DNA of 25,118 nucleotides from a bacterium. Its GTDB lineage: Bacteria > Bacteroidota > Bacteroidia > Bacteroidales > WCHB1-69. Made by a program: the position numbers and the translations under genes. The stretch covers positions 1-25,118 of the forward strand of contig CAVIPZ010000002.1 of NCBI GenBank assembly GCA_963644715.1, written 5' to 3'. The notes below the pieces were generated by a model. The model was not told the DNA's origin, ran no database searches, and worked only from the letters and a program-made list of their open reading frames with translations. Position 1 is the stretch's first letter; the number at the start of each line of letters is the position of its first letter. Shown here one piece after another: positions 16,512 to 25,118 of the stretch.

Positions 16512-16524
16512 CAAAATTTATGGA

Positions 16525-16794
16525 TTATTTATATTTGTTGCTTTCTAAATGACGGGCGTATTTGCTGCGGAACTTATCGACACGACCGGCGGTGTCAACC
16601 AGTTTCATCTTTCCGGTGAAGAAAGGATGAGAGGTGTTTGAGATTTCAAGTTTTACCAGCGGATACTCATTTCCGTCTTCCCATTGTATCGTGTCTTTTG
16701 TATTGACAGTTGATTTTGTCAAGAAAGCATAATCGTTTGACATGTCTTTGAACACAACTGTTCTATACTCTTTTGGATGGATACCTTTTTTCAT
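16525..16794 (-). CDS. rpmE2: 50S ribosomal protein L31 type B (zinc-free)
   Basis: [43 protein letters not shown]; no cysteines. Confidence 0.96.
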   Translation of the reverse strand: MKKGIHPKEYRTVVFKDMSNDYAFLTKSTVNTKDTIQWEDGNEYPLVKLEISNTSHPFFTGKMKLVDTAGRVDKFRSKYARHLESNKYK

Positions 16795-16831
16795 ATTGCT
16801 GCTGTTTTTCTTTTTCTAAAAATTCGGATTG

Positions 16832-16839
16832 CAAAAATA
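16832..16839 (-). promoter_or_regulatory. Bacteroidota -7 promoter box for rpmE2
   Basis: Minus strand TG-TATTTTTG-C about 37 nt upstream of the ATG. Confidence 0.65.
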
Positions 16840-16891
16840 CATTTTTTTTCAAATCTGCGTTGTGCGAAAAAATATTTTTTCAAAGACTTTC

Positions 16892-17860
16892 TCATTTGAT
16901 TCTAAGTCGTTGTCCTTCAATTATTTTACTTGGGACTGTGATGTTGTTCAAGGTCTGGATTTTATCAGTTGTCGTGTTGTGCTTCACGGCGATTCTGTAT
17001 AAAGTTTCGCCTTTTTGTACAATATGATATTCAATTTCGGATGGGTTGCCAGTTGCCGGCTCTTTTTCAGGTTCCTGTTTGGGTGCCTGCTGTGGCGATA
17101 CTGCCAGTGCCTTGTCCGCTTTTGTCTCGTCTAAGGGCAGTATCCTGAAGTCGGCTACGCTCAGCGAGAGTGTGTTGCCCGTGAGCGATCCGTCGGCAAA
17201 GTCGATTGCGTTCTCGGGATTGAAATGTTCGTTCAGGAAGCGGGTCTCAAAATGCAGCACGCACTCTGTCGCATTTCCGGTCTGGCCGGTTTGTCCGATT
17301 ACATCGCCGGCGTTGACCATCTGTCCCTGTTTGACGCAAAGCCTGCCCAAATGAGCATAGACGGTTTCAAGTCCGTTATAGTGACGAACAACCACCATAA
17401 GTCCGTAAGGACCATATTTCCGGGCCATACGAACCACCCCGTCGAAGCAACTTCTCACTAACGTCTGGCACTCTACTTTCAAATCTATGCCTGGATGAAA
17501 TCCGCCTTTTTTGGTTTGCCCGTAGGGGAGCAGTATTTCGTTGAATGTGCAAGGCGGTTCAAAGGGGTTGTTGGTTTCTTGTACTAACAATATGGTAAGG
17601 CGGTCTTGGCTGAAAGGTATGTCCAAAATTCGGCTGCGTATATGCGTCACGTCCCAATATTGCGAATAGAGGTCGTATGCCGGTATCTGGTAAGTTTCTG
17701 TTATAGATGGATATGCAGAGAGGATGCGTTCTGTAGAATCCATTGTGCAGGGCAGCGTGTCCTGAAGCATTGCATTAGCGGTATATTCTGTGATGTCAAC
17801 CGTTTGGGCGGCGGCTGTTAGGCAGAAAAACAAGGATAATATGGTGGTGAGCCTTTTCAT
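16892..17860 (-). CDS. Secreted M23-family peptidoglycan metallo-endopeptidase with C-terminal LysM domain
   Basis: Signal peptide MKRLTTILSLFFCLTAAAQ; HPGIDL, YAHL, LHFETR; LysM YHIVQKGETLYRIA. Alternative start 17866. Confidence 0.88.
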   Translation of the reverse strand: MKRLTTILSLFFCLTAAAQTVDITEYTANAMLQDTLPCTMDSTERILSAYPSITETYQIPAYDLYSQYWDVTHIRSRILDIPFSQDRLTILLVQETNNPFEPPCTFNEILLPYGQTKKGGFHPGIDLKVECQTLVRSCFDGVVRMARKYGPYGLMVVVRHYNGLETVYAHLGRLCVKQGQMVNAGDVIGQTGQTGNATECVLHFETRFLNEHFNPENAIDFADGSLTGNTLSLSVADFRILPLDETKADKALAVSPQQAPKQEPEKEPATGNPSEIEYHIVQKGETLYRIAVKHNTTTDKIQTLNNITVPSKIIEGQRLRIK

Positions 17861-17869
17861 ATACATTCG

Positions 17870-18361
17870 CTATAGATTCAGCCTGTTTATGACATTTGTG
17901 GAAGAAAAGCCCTCTTCGAGCGGGATGATGACGACCTGGCCGCCGTTGTTTTTCACAAAGTCGGCTCCGGCGATGTTTTTCGGCGTATAGTCGCCGCCCT
18001 TTGCCAGCACGTCTGGTTTTATTGTTGTAATCAGGCGGCAAGGGGTGTCTTCGTCAAACAGCACTACATAGTCCACTATCTCAAGGGCGGCGAGTACCAT
18101 AGCACGGGCTTCTTGACCGTTGACAGGTCGCGACGGACCTTTCAGCCGCCGTACCGAGCTGTCGCTGTTGAGCCCGACAATGAGCAAGTCGCCGAGTTGC
18201 CGCGCCTTTGCAAGACAGGTCACATGCCCGTAATGAAGCACATCAAAGCAGCCGTTGGTGAATACAGTCTTTTTGTGTTGCAGTGCCTCTCTGTTGGTTT
18301 CAAAGAAAGACGCCTCCACAATCTTTTGCCGGATGTGTTCTATGGGTGTTGTTGAATTCAT
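17870..18361 (-). CDS. rfaE2: D-glycero-beta-D-manno-heptose 1-phosphate adenylyltransferase (stand-alone RfaE domain II / HldC)
   Basis: [48 protein letters not shown]. Confidence 0.9.
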   Translation of the reverse strand: MNSTTPIEHIRQKIVEASFFETNREALQHKKTVFTNGCFDVLHYGHVTCLAKARQLGDLLIVGLNSDSSVRRLKGPSRPVNGQEARAMVLAALEIVDYVVLFDEDTPCRLITTIKPDVLAKGGDYTPKNIAGADFVKNNGGQVVIIPLEEGFSSTNVINRLNL

Positions 18362-19428
18362 GCTTGAGGTTTTGGAGCGTTGGATTTTTTATAAAACGAT
18401 GCCAAAAGCAATGACAAGAAGCCAACTGCCAACACAATCACGGTTTGCATAATCCAGCCGATCCAGCCGGCGGCGAGACCTTGTATGTAGGGCACCTCAT
18501 ACAAGAAGAGGATGCCAGCCACAATCAAGGGGAAAGAACCAAGGCCCCCTTGCGAGATTATGAAAGCTATTGTGCTGAAAGTCAGAATTGTAAATGCAAC
18601 CATAGGACCAATGCCATGCAAATAAGGAATCGATAGCATGCAAAGGTAAATGCCTAAAAAGTAGGCAATCCACATCAGAATGGTCCAGAGCACAAAACGC
18701 CATGGGTGGGGTAGGTCTTTGATGGAAACGATACCATGCCACATATCCACGAAGAAATTGCGGATTTTCATGCAGAACTTTGATTTCCGCCACCATTTGC
18801 GGGTCAGGTGAATCGCCACGGCCAAAATAACGACGACAGCAATCAGCACATACAGGCCGCTGCCGTATATAAGAGCCGACCATTTGGCGCTCAACCAAGA
18901 GCCGAGCGACAATTGAGCCTCTCGGTCCACGATGAGTTCGGACAAAATGCCGGTATTGACGGCTATAGAGATGATCAGCAGTACCAGCCAGCAGATGATA
19001 TCAACGACTCTTTCGGTCACCACAGTGCCGAGCGACTTTTGGAAGGGCACGTCTTCAAAGCGCTGCAGAAAAGAGCAGCGCAGCACCTCGCCGAGGCGCG
19101 GCAAGGCCAAGTTGGCAAGATAGCACACCATAACAGAATAGAACGCCATGGAGAGCCGGGGTTTGTACCCTAACGGTTCGAGCAGGATTCTGGCCCTCAC
19201 GGCGCGCGCAAAGTCAGCAAATATGGCCATGGCAGCCGCGGCTGAGATGATCAGCCAGCTTTTGGGGTTGTTGATTTTCTCCATCGCTTCCAACATAGAC
19301 CGGATGTCATCGTGGCTCAACGAACGAAGCGACAGCCAGATGAAAAAGACACCCAGCCCGACAAACAGCACCAACTGGATGACTGTTCTCAAAAGACTTT
19401 TCCCCTTTATATTTTGTTCTTTCTGCAT
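18358..19428 (-). CDS. Lysylphosphatidylglycerol-synthase TM domain / UPF0104 flippase-like membrane protein
   Basis: Multi-[37 protein letters not shown]; 4-bp ATGA overlap with rfaE2. Confidence 0.85.
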   Translation of the reverse strand: MQKEQNIKGKSLLRTVIQLVLFVGLGVFFIWLSLRSLSHDDIRSMLEAMEKINNPKSWLIISAAAAMAIFADFARAVRARILLEPLGYKPRLSMAFYSVMVCYLANLALPRLGEVLRCSFLQRFEDVPFQKSLGTVVTERVVDIICWLVLLIISIAVNTGILSELIVDREAQLSLGSWLSAKWSALIYGSGLYVLIAVVVILAVAIHLTRKWWRKSKFCMKIRNFFVDMWHGIVSIKDLPHPWRFVLWTILMWIAYFLGIYLCMLSIPYLHGIGPMVAFTILTFSTIAFIISQGGLGSFPLIVAGILFLYEVPYIQGLAAGWIGWIMQTVIVLAVGFLSLLLASFYKKSNAPKPQA

Positions 19429-19466
19429 GCAGATCGGTTTTTGTGATTACTATGTTTATATTATGG

Positions 19467-20429
19467 TTACCATCCAAAAGGGTGTGGCTCAAGCGGATAC
19501 TTGGCCATAGGATGATAGTCGCCTTTCAGTCCGACAGGCACGGCATTGCGGATGTCATAGACAATCTGGATGCATTTCCGTACCTCATCAAGTCCGAAGC
19601 CTTTGCCGTTGAGGATCTGGCGGTAACTTTCGGAATGCAGTTCTGAAAAACCGCTGCTGAAATCCACCTCTTCATTCTCGATCTTCATAGCACGGTAGGT
19701 TCTTCCGCCGGCTTCCGCTATGTCTTTGGGGAGTGTTTTTGCATTGATGCTGAGGAAATAGCGCACTCGAGCCCGGTCAAAGCAGAGCAATCCCGCAGCC
19801 CGGTCGTGCGAAATCAGGTGGACGATGTTTTCCTTGACATCACCGAACAGGTAGCCTAAGAGGTCGTAGAAATGAACCCCGATATTGGTAGCGATGCCGC
19901 CGCTTTTATGCGGGTCGCCTTTCCAGGAGGCATAGTACCATTTGCCGCGTGCGGTGATGTAGGTCAATTCTACATCAAATACTTTGTCGTGCGGAGCAGC
20001 CTCTATTTTGCGTTTCAAGGCAACGATGGAGGGGTGAAGCCTCAACTGCAGGATATTGTTGACTATGTGTCCGGTTTCCTGCTCCACCCGTTGCAGGGCA
20101 TCGATGTTCCAAGGGTTCAACACCAGCGGTTTTTCGCAGATGACGTCTGCGCCGAGCCGCAAGGCATAGCGCGTGTGCGAGTCGTGGAGGTAGTTTGGCG
20201 TGCATATCGACACCATTTCTATACGCTCGGCGGAGTTTTTGATTTTAGTGCAATGGCGGTCAAACAGCTCTTGTTCCGTAAAGAATGCCGCATCCGGGAA
20301 ATAACTGTCCAAAATGCCTACGCTGTCAAACTTGTCGTAGGCGGCCACTAACCGATTGGCGGTTTCTTTGATGGCTTTCAGATGTCGCGGCGCCACGTAG
20401 CCGCCTGCCCCTATGATTGCGAAGTTCAT
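19467..20429 (-). CDS. wbpB: Gfo/Idh/MocA oxidoreductase, WbpB/WlbA-like UDP-GlcNAcA 3-dehydrogenase
   Basis: ATG 20429 MNFAIIGAGGYVAPRHLKAIK; DSVGILDSYFP, ICTPNYLHD, CEKPL, SWKGD, SGGIATNIGVHFYD. Confidence 0.82.
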   Translation of the reverse strand: MNFAIIGAGGYVAPRHLKAIKETANRLVAAYDKFDSVGILDSYFPDAAFFTEQELFDRHCTKIKNSAERIEMVSICTPNYLHDSHTRYALRLGADVICEKPLVLNPWNIDALQRVEQETGHIVNNILQLRLHPSIVALKRKIEAAPHDKVFDVELTYITARGKWYYASWKGDPHKSGGIATNIGVHFYDLLGYLFGDVKENIVHLISHDRAAGLLCFDRARVRYFLSINAKTLPKDIAEAGGRTYRAMKIENEEVDFSSGFSELHSESYRQILNGKGFGLDEVRKCIQIVYDIRNAVPVGLKGDYHPMAKYPLEPHPFGW

Positions 20430-20430
20430 T

Positions 20431-22356
20431 TTACGCCAGATTTTCTTTCTGATTGTCAATAGCTTCAAAAACGGAATTGTTGCTCTTGTATTCCGGCACG
20501 ATTTTCTTCATCTGCGCCACGACGGAAAAGGCGTCTTCATCGCGCATTGCGATAAGTTTTTCGATTTCCGGAACCAGCACCTGATATTCGTAGGTGCGCA
20601 CTTTTGCGATTTTGACTTTGCTGTTGTTCGTCTTTATGGTGTTCTCCTCGTCAGCCAGCAGTTCTTCGTACAGTTTCTCGCCCGGACGGAGACCAGTATA
20701 GCGGATGGAGATGTCTTTGTCGAGGGTGAGCCCGGACAACTGGATCATCTTTTTGGCCAAGTCGCTGATTTTGATGGATTTTCCCATATCGAAGATGAAA
20801 ATCTCGCCGCCGTTGCCCATGGCTCCGGCCATAATCACCAGTTGGCACGCCTCCGAGATGGTCATAAAATAGCGTGTAATGTCGGGGTGCGTTACCGTGA
20901 CGGGACCGCCGTTTTCAATCTGCTTCCGGAAGATCGGGATCACCGATCCGTTAGAGTCGAGCACATTCCCGAAACGGGTGGTGATGAACTTGGTAGTCTT
21001 TTGGTGGAAATTCAAGGCTTGCACATACATTTCGGCAATGCGCTTTGAGGCACCCATCACATTGGTGGGGTTCACGGCTTTGTCGGTGGAGACCATCACG
21101 AACTTTTTGGCTCCGTATTTGACAGACAGGTCGGCCAGCAGTTTGGTGCCGCCCACATTGACCTTGATGGCGGAGCGCACATTTTTCTCCATCATCGGCA
21201 CATGCTTGTACGCCGCCGCATGATAGACAATGTTGGGTTTGTATTTGGCGAACAGTTTCTCGGTCTGTCCGGCATCGCAGATGTCTTGCACATAGAGGCG
21301 GATGTTTTTCATGCCGTTTGCCTGTTGCAGTTCGTCTTGCAGGAAAAAGCAAGGAGTTTCGGCTTCATCTACCAGCACCAGCTGCTTGTAGTTGAACTGC
21401 AGCAGTTGCCGCACGATTTCGCTGCCTATGGAGCCGGCCGCGCCTGTGATCATGATGGTCTGGTCGTTCAGTTCGGAGTTGAGCAGCGACAAGTCAAGTT
21501 GTATCGGACTTCTTTTCAGAAGGTCTTCAATCTTCACTTTCTTGATCTGTTTGAAGCTGAGGTTGCCGTTCAGCCACCGTGACACGGGCGGCACCTTGAG
21601 CACTTTCACGTTATGAGGCAACGCCGTTTCCGTAATCTCATTAACCTTGGCATTGGTGATTTTCTGCACGGCAATGATGAGGAATGATATGTTGTTGAGG
21701 CTCAAATACTCGTCGAGTGTCCGGTAGTCCATCACCGGGAGGCTCTCGAGCTGCATGCCTATTTTGGACGGATTCTCGTCAAAGAATGCCGTGACATTAT
21801 ATTTGCTGGCATTGTCACGGTCAATGGTGCGTTTTGTGGTGACGCCAGACTCGCCGGCACCGAAGATGACAATGTTTTTGCGCGATTTTGACGGGTTCAT
21901 CGTCTCCAGGTAATACATCTTGAAAGCGAAACGGTAGAACATAAGCAGCACCGTTGTGATGAAGAACTCTATCATCCATACGGAGTTCGGCACGATGAAA
22001 CGCCCAGTGATGGCATAGATGACAAGGTTGGTGAAGCCGATGGCGATGGAACCTAAGAAACAGGACCAGAATATTTTTACTACGTCTTTTGTGCTGGTGT
22101 AACGCACAACCAGATGGTGAGTTTGGAAGATTTCAAAAAATATGAACCTGAAAACAAGAATGATGAGCGGAGAGTAAAGATAGTAGGACAGGTTCAGGTG
22201 GGAGGGGAATTTGAAGTTGTCCCGTAGAAAGAGAGCGAGGAATACGGCTATCACTACGGCCAGCATGTCAAAGGTCATGATTATCCATGGCGGCGTGATG
22301 TGCAGTTTCCGTATTTTCAGATATATTTTTTTTGTTGGTGATGTCAAATTGTTCAT
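20431..22356 (-). CDS. CapD/PglF/WbpM-like membrane-bound NDP-sugar 4,6-dehydratase (polysaccharide biosynthesis protein)
   Basis: Four N-terminal TM helices; FGAGESG; ITGAAGSIGSE, HAAAYKHVP, STDKAVNPTNVMGASKR, RFGNVLDSNGSV, GLRPGEKLYEEL. Confidence 0.9.
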   Translation of the reverse strand: MNNLTSPTKKIYLKIRKLHITPPWIIMTFDMLAVVIAVFLALFLRDNFKFPSHLNLSYYLYSPLIILVFRFIFFEIFQTHHLVVRYTSTKDVVKIFWSCFLGSIAIGFTNLVIYAITGRFIVPNSVWMIEFFITTVLLMFYRFAFKMYYLETMNPSKSRKNIVIFGAGESGVTTKRTIDRDNASKYNVTAFFDENPSKIGMQLESLPVMDYRTLDEYLSLNNISFLIIAVQKITNAKVNEITETALPHNVKVLKVPPVSRWLNGNLSFKQIKKVKIEDLLKRSPIQLDLSLLNSELNDQTIMITGAAGSIGSEIVRQLLQFNYKQLVLVDEAETPCFFLQDELQQANGMKNIRLYVQDICDAGQTEKLFAKYKPNIVYHAAAYKHVPMMEKNVRSAIKVNVGGTKLLADLSVKYGAKKFVMVSTDKAVNPTNVMGASKRIAEMYVQALNFHQKTTKFITTRFGNVLDSNGSVIPIFRKQIENGGPVTVTHPDITRYFMTISEACQLVIMAGAMGNGGEIFIFDMGKSIKISDLAKKMIQLSGLTLDKDISIRYTGLRPGEKLYEELLADEENTIKTNNSKVKIAKVRTYEYQVLVPEIEKLIAMRDEDAFSVVAQMKKIVPEYKSNNSVFEAIDNQKENLA

Positions 22357-22378
22357 TTACCCATTATTAAACCGGTTG

Positions 22379-22386
22379 CAAAAGTA
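22379..22386 (-). promoter_or_regulatory. Bacteroidota -7 promoter box for the capD-like operon
   Basis: Minus strand TTTTTTTG-TACTTTTG-C, 22 nt upstream of ATG 22356. Confidence 0.65.
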
Positions 22387-22410
22387 CAAAAAAATGAATA
22401 GCCTCCTAAA

Positions 22411-22470
22411 TGCCGCCACTTTCGGCAATTAGAAACTATAGGTGTCAGTGTTGTCAGAAAAGTGGCGGTG
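22411..22470. repeat. Imperfect ~60-bp inverted repeat (long hairpin) between alaS and the capD-like gene
   Basis: tgccgccactttcggcaa (22411-22428) pairs with ttgtcagaaaagtggcggtg (22451-22470) around a 22-nt loop. Confidence 0.6.
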
Positions 22471-22487
22471 CAGATAAGGTTCGCTGT

Positions 22488-25091
22488 CTATTCGGAAACC
22501 AATCGTATGATTTCCGCCACGGCATCGGGGACTCCGGCAGCATTCTTTCCGCCGGCCATAGAGAGGGCAGGTTGTCCGCCTCCGCCGCCTTGGATGAGTT
22601 TGCCGGCGGCGCGCACCAGTTTTGTGGCGTCAAATCTGCCCGCAAGGTCGTCAGAGAGCGCGACAACAAGATTCGGCTTGTTGTCATAAACGCTGCCCAG
22701 CACAACAATTCTGTTTGGCTCTTTGCGCAGTTGGAAAGCGGCATTGCGCAGCATATCGGGGCTGAATGTGCCGATATGGGAGAGCAACTGCATGCCGTTT
22801 ATGGTCTTGGCGGCCGCTTCCAGCTCTTGGCAGCAGGTCAGCACTTGCTGTTTTTCTATTTCTTCAATCTTCTTGCGCCCTTGCACATTCTCGTCCATCA
22901 GTTTCTGAATGGCCTGCTCTATGTTGCCTGTGCCGAGCAAGTTCTTCATGCGCTGTATCAAGTCTTGGTTGTGATATACGGTTTCTTCGGCGGCAGTGCC
23001 GGTTACGGCCTCGATGCGGCGCACGCCGGCGGCCACGGCGCCTTCTGACACGATTTTGAAAAAGCCGATGTTGCCGGTTGCGGAGGTGTGCGTGCCGCCA
23101 CAGAGTTCAACGGCGTCGCCGAATTGGATGACGCGCACCAATTTTCCGTATTTTTCGCCAAACAGGGCCACGGCACCTTTGGCACGGGCTTCTTCAATGG
23201 GCACATCGATGTGCTCCTGCAAAGGTATGTTTTGGCGTATCATGTCGTTTACCATCTTCTCAACAAGTACGATTTCCTCGTCTGTGACTTTTGAAAAGTG
23301 CGAAAAGTCGAAACGCAGGCGGTCTGGAGCCACCATTGATCCTTTCTGTTCCACATGTTTGCCCAGAATGGTGCGCAAGGCATGGTCAAGCAGGTGGGTT
23401 GCCGAATGGTTGTTGGCTGTTTTCTGCCGTCTGTCGGCATCTACTTTTGCCGTAAATGCGGCTGTCAGATTGTCGGGCAGTTTGGCAGTGTGGTGAATGG
23501 TCAGGTTGTTCTCTTTTGTGGTGTTGAAGACCTCGACGGTCTCCGTCTGGCTCTCGAGCCGTCCTGTGTCGCCCACTTGTCCGCCCGATTCGGCATAGAA
23601 CGGAGTTTTGTCGAGCACAATCTGATACGAGGTTTTGTTCTTGGCCGTAACCTTGCGGTATTTCACGATTTTACAATCGCAACTGGTTTGATGATAGCCT
23701 ACAAACGTTGTCGGCGTGTCCAGATGTTCGAGTTCCATCCAGTCGTCGGCGGTGACGGCGGCGGCAGCACGCGAGCGCTCTTTCTGCCGGAGCAGCCCAC
23801 GTTGGAAGCCCTCCATGTCAACCGTGCAGTTTTTTTCAGAAGCCAGCAGTTGTGTGAGGTCCACAGGGAAGCCGTAGGTGTCGAACAGTTCAAAGGCAAA
23901 ATCGCCGTCTATTTGGGCTTTGCCGCTGTTTTTAGACACATACTCTTCAAAGCGCACGATGCCCTTGGCCAAAGTTTTCAGGAAAGCGTTTTCTTCTTCC
24001 AGAATGATGCGGGCGATGAGTTCCTGCTGACGTTTGAGTTCCGGGAACTGATGTCCCATTTGTTCCGTCAGGTCTGGCACGAGGCTGTAGATGAACGGGT
24101 CTTTGAAGTTGAGGAAAGTGAATCCGTATCGGATAGCTCTGCGCAGGATGCGTCGGATGACATAGCCGGCACCCGTGTTGGAGGGCAGTTGTCCGTCTGC
24201 GATAGAGAACGACACGGCTCGCAGGTGGTCGGCCACAACGCGCAAGGCAATGTCGGTATCCTTGGCTGCGCCGTACTTGACGTTTGCTTTTTGGGCTATC
24301 TTTTGGATGATAGGCTGGAAGACGTCGGTGTCGTAATTCGATTTCTTGTTCTGAACGGCCATGCAGAGTCTTTCAAAGCCCATGCCCGTGTCCACATGCC
24401 GGTTTGCCAGCATTTCCAACTCGCCGGCGGCGTTGCGGTTATATTGCATAAACACCAGGTTCCAGATTTCGATCACGAGCGGATTGTCTTTGTTGACAAG
24501 GTCGTGTCCGGGCACGATGGCGCGCTCTTTGTCGTCGCGGAGGTCGATGTGTATTTCAGAACAAGGTCCGCAAGGTCCGGTTTCGCCCATCTCCCAAAAG
24601 TTGTCTTTCTTATTGCCGCGCAGGATGCGAGCTTCAGGCAGATATTGCCGCCACAGGTTGAACGCTTCTTCGTCAAACGAGGTGCCGTCTTTTTCATCAC
24701 CCTGAAACACCGTGGCGTATAGCCGCTCTTTGTCCAGTTTCATTACTTCTGTGAGAAACTCCCAGGCGTATGCGATGGCCTCTTTTTTGAAATAGTTGCC
24801 GAACGACCAGTTTCCGAGCATCTCAAACATCGTGTGGTGGTAGGTGTCTCTGCCAACCTCTTCCAAGTCGTTGTGCTTGCCGGACACGCGCAGGCACTTT
24901 TGGCTGTCGGCCACCCTGACGTGCTCGGGGTGCGAATTGCCCAGAAAAATGTCCTTGAATTGGTTCATTCCAGCATTGGTGAACATCAAGGTGGGGTCGT
25001 TTTTCACTACAATGGGGGCAGAGGGTACGATATGGTGATCTTTTGATTTGAAAAATTCCAGAAAAGCGGAACGGATTTCAGCTGAAGTCAT
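22488..25091 (-). CDS. alaS: Alanine--tRNA ligase
   Basis: DPTLMFTNAGMNQFK, HHTMFEMLGNWSFG, EIWNLVFMQ, VDTGMGFER, editing NHSATHLL and ELCGGTH, GGGGGQP. Confidence 0.99.
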   Translation of the reverse strand: MTSAEIRSAFLEFFKSKDHHIVPSAPIVVKNDPTLMFTNAGMNQFKDIFLGNSHPEHVRVADSQKCLRVSGKHNDLEEVGRDTYHHTMFEMLGNWSFGNYFKKEAIAYAWEFLTEVMKLDKERLYATVFQGDEKDGTSFDEEAFNLWRQYLPEARILRGNKKDNFWEMGETGPCGPCSEIHIDLRDDKERAIVPGHDLVNKDNPLVIEIWNLVFMQYNRNAAGELEMLANRHVDTGMGFERLCMAVQNKKSNYDTDVFQPIIQKIAQKANVKYGAAKDTDIALRVVADHLRAVSFSIADGQLPSNTGAGYVIRRILRRAIRYGFTFLNFKDPFIYSLVPDLTEQMGHQFPELKRQQELIARIILEEENAFLKTLAKGIVRFEEYVSKNSGKAQIDGDFAFELFDTYGFPVDLTQLLASEKNCTVDMEGFQRGLLRQKERSRAAAAVTADDWMELEHLDTPTTFVGYHQTSCDCKIVKYRKVTAKNKTSYQIVLDKTPFYAESGGQVGDTGRLESQTETVEVFNTTKENNLTIHHTAKLPDNLTAAFTAKVDADRRQKTANNHSATHLLDHALRTILGKHVEQKGSMVAPDRLRFDFSHFSKVTDEEIVLVEKMVNDMIRQNIPLQEHIDVPIEEARAKGAVALFGEKYGKLVRVIQFGDAVELCGGTHTSATGNIGFFKIVSEGAVAAGVRRIEAVTGTAAEETVYHNQDLIQRMKNLLGTGNIEQAIQKLMDENVQGRKKIEEIEKQQVLTCCQELEAAAKTINGMQLLSHIGTFSPDMLRNAAFQLRKEPNRIVVLGSVYDNKPNLVVALSDDLAGRFDATKLVRAAGKLIQGGGGGQPALSMAGGKNAAGVPDAVAEIIRLVSE

Positions 25092-25118
25092 ATTGTCATA
25101 TATTTTTTTAAGGGCGCA

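Noticed and set aside
23355..24722. 455-aa + strand ORF, and similar antisense ORFs in tuf, mutS, lon and capD
   Set aside because: Wholly antisense to alaS; explained by codon bias of the real gene, with no motifs or promoter.
1..25118. CRISPR arrays, IS elements, prophage, tandem repeats, full UGA reassignment
   Set aside because: No spaced direct repeats or transposase/integrase/phage motifs seen; conserved genes are open under the standard bacterial code and several end at TGA.

Overview
This is chromosomal DNA from a Bacteroidota (Bacteroidales-like) bacterium. Evidence: repeated TAnnTTTG -7 promoter boxes, AT-rich translation starts without clear Shine-Dalgarno sites, a type B L31, and the tRNA-Thr/tuf/tRNA-Trp arrangement. 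Most of the window is housekeeping: hup (partial), trmH, pnuC, a beta-CASP nuclease, rfbD, tuf, mutS, gmk, an inositol monophosphatase, a HI0933-family flavoprotein, meaB, lon, rpmE2, an M23/LysM peptidase, rfaE2, a flippase-like protein, wbpB-like, capD-like and alaS. I see no transposase, integrase, prophage or CRISPR array. Four things stand out. (1) A two-cysteine DsrC, closely resembling that of sulfate reducers, sits next to a NarI/DsrM-like cytochrome b that keeps only one heme-ligand pair, with no dsrAB or dsrK in the window. (2) A stand-alone half-FtsZ GTPase domain ends just before the T7 loop and lies where secE usually follows tRNA-Trp. (3) The tRNA-Trp(CCA) has a 4-bp anticodon stem (A27.C43) plus U11-A24, features linked to UGA readthrough. 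(4) A perfect sigma-54 promoter precedes an orphan membrane protein. All homology calls are by-eye motif recognition; no searches were run.
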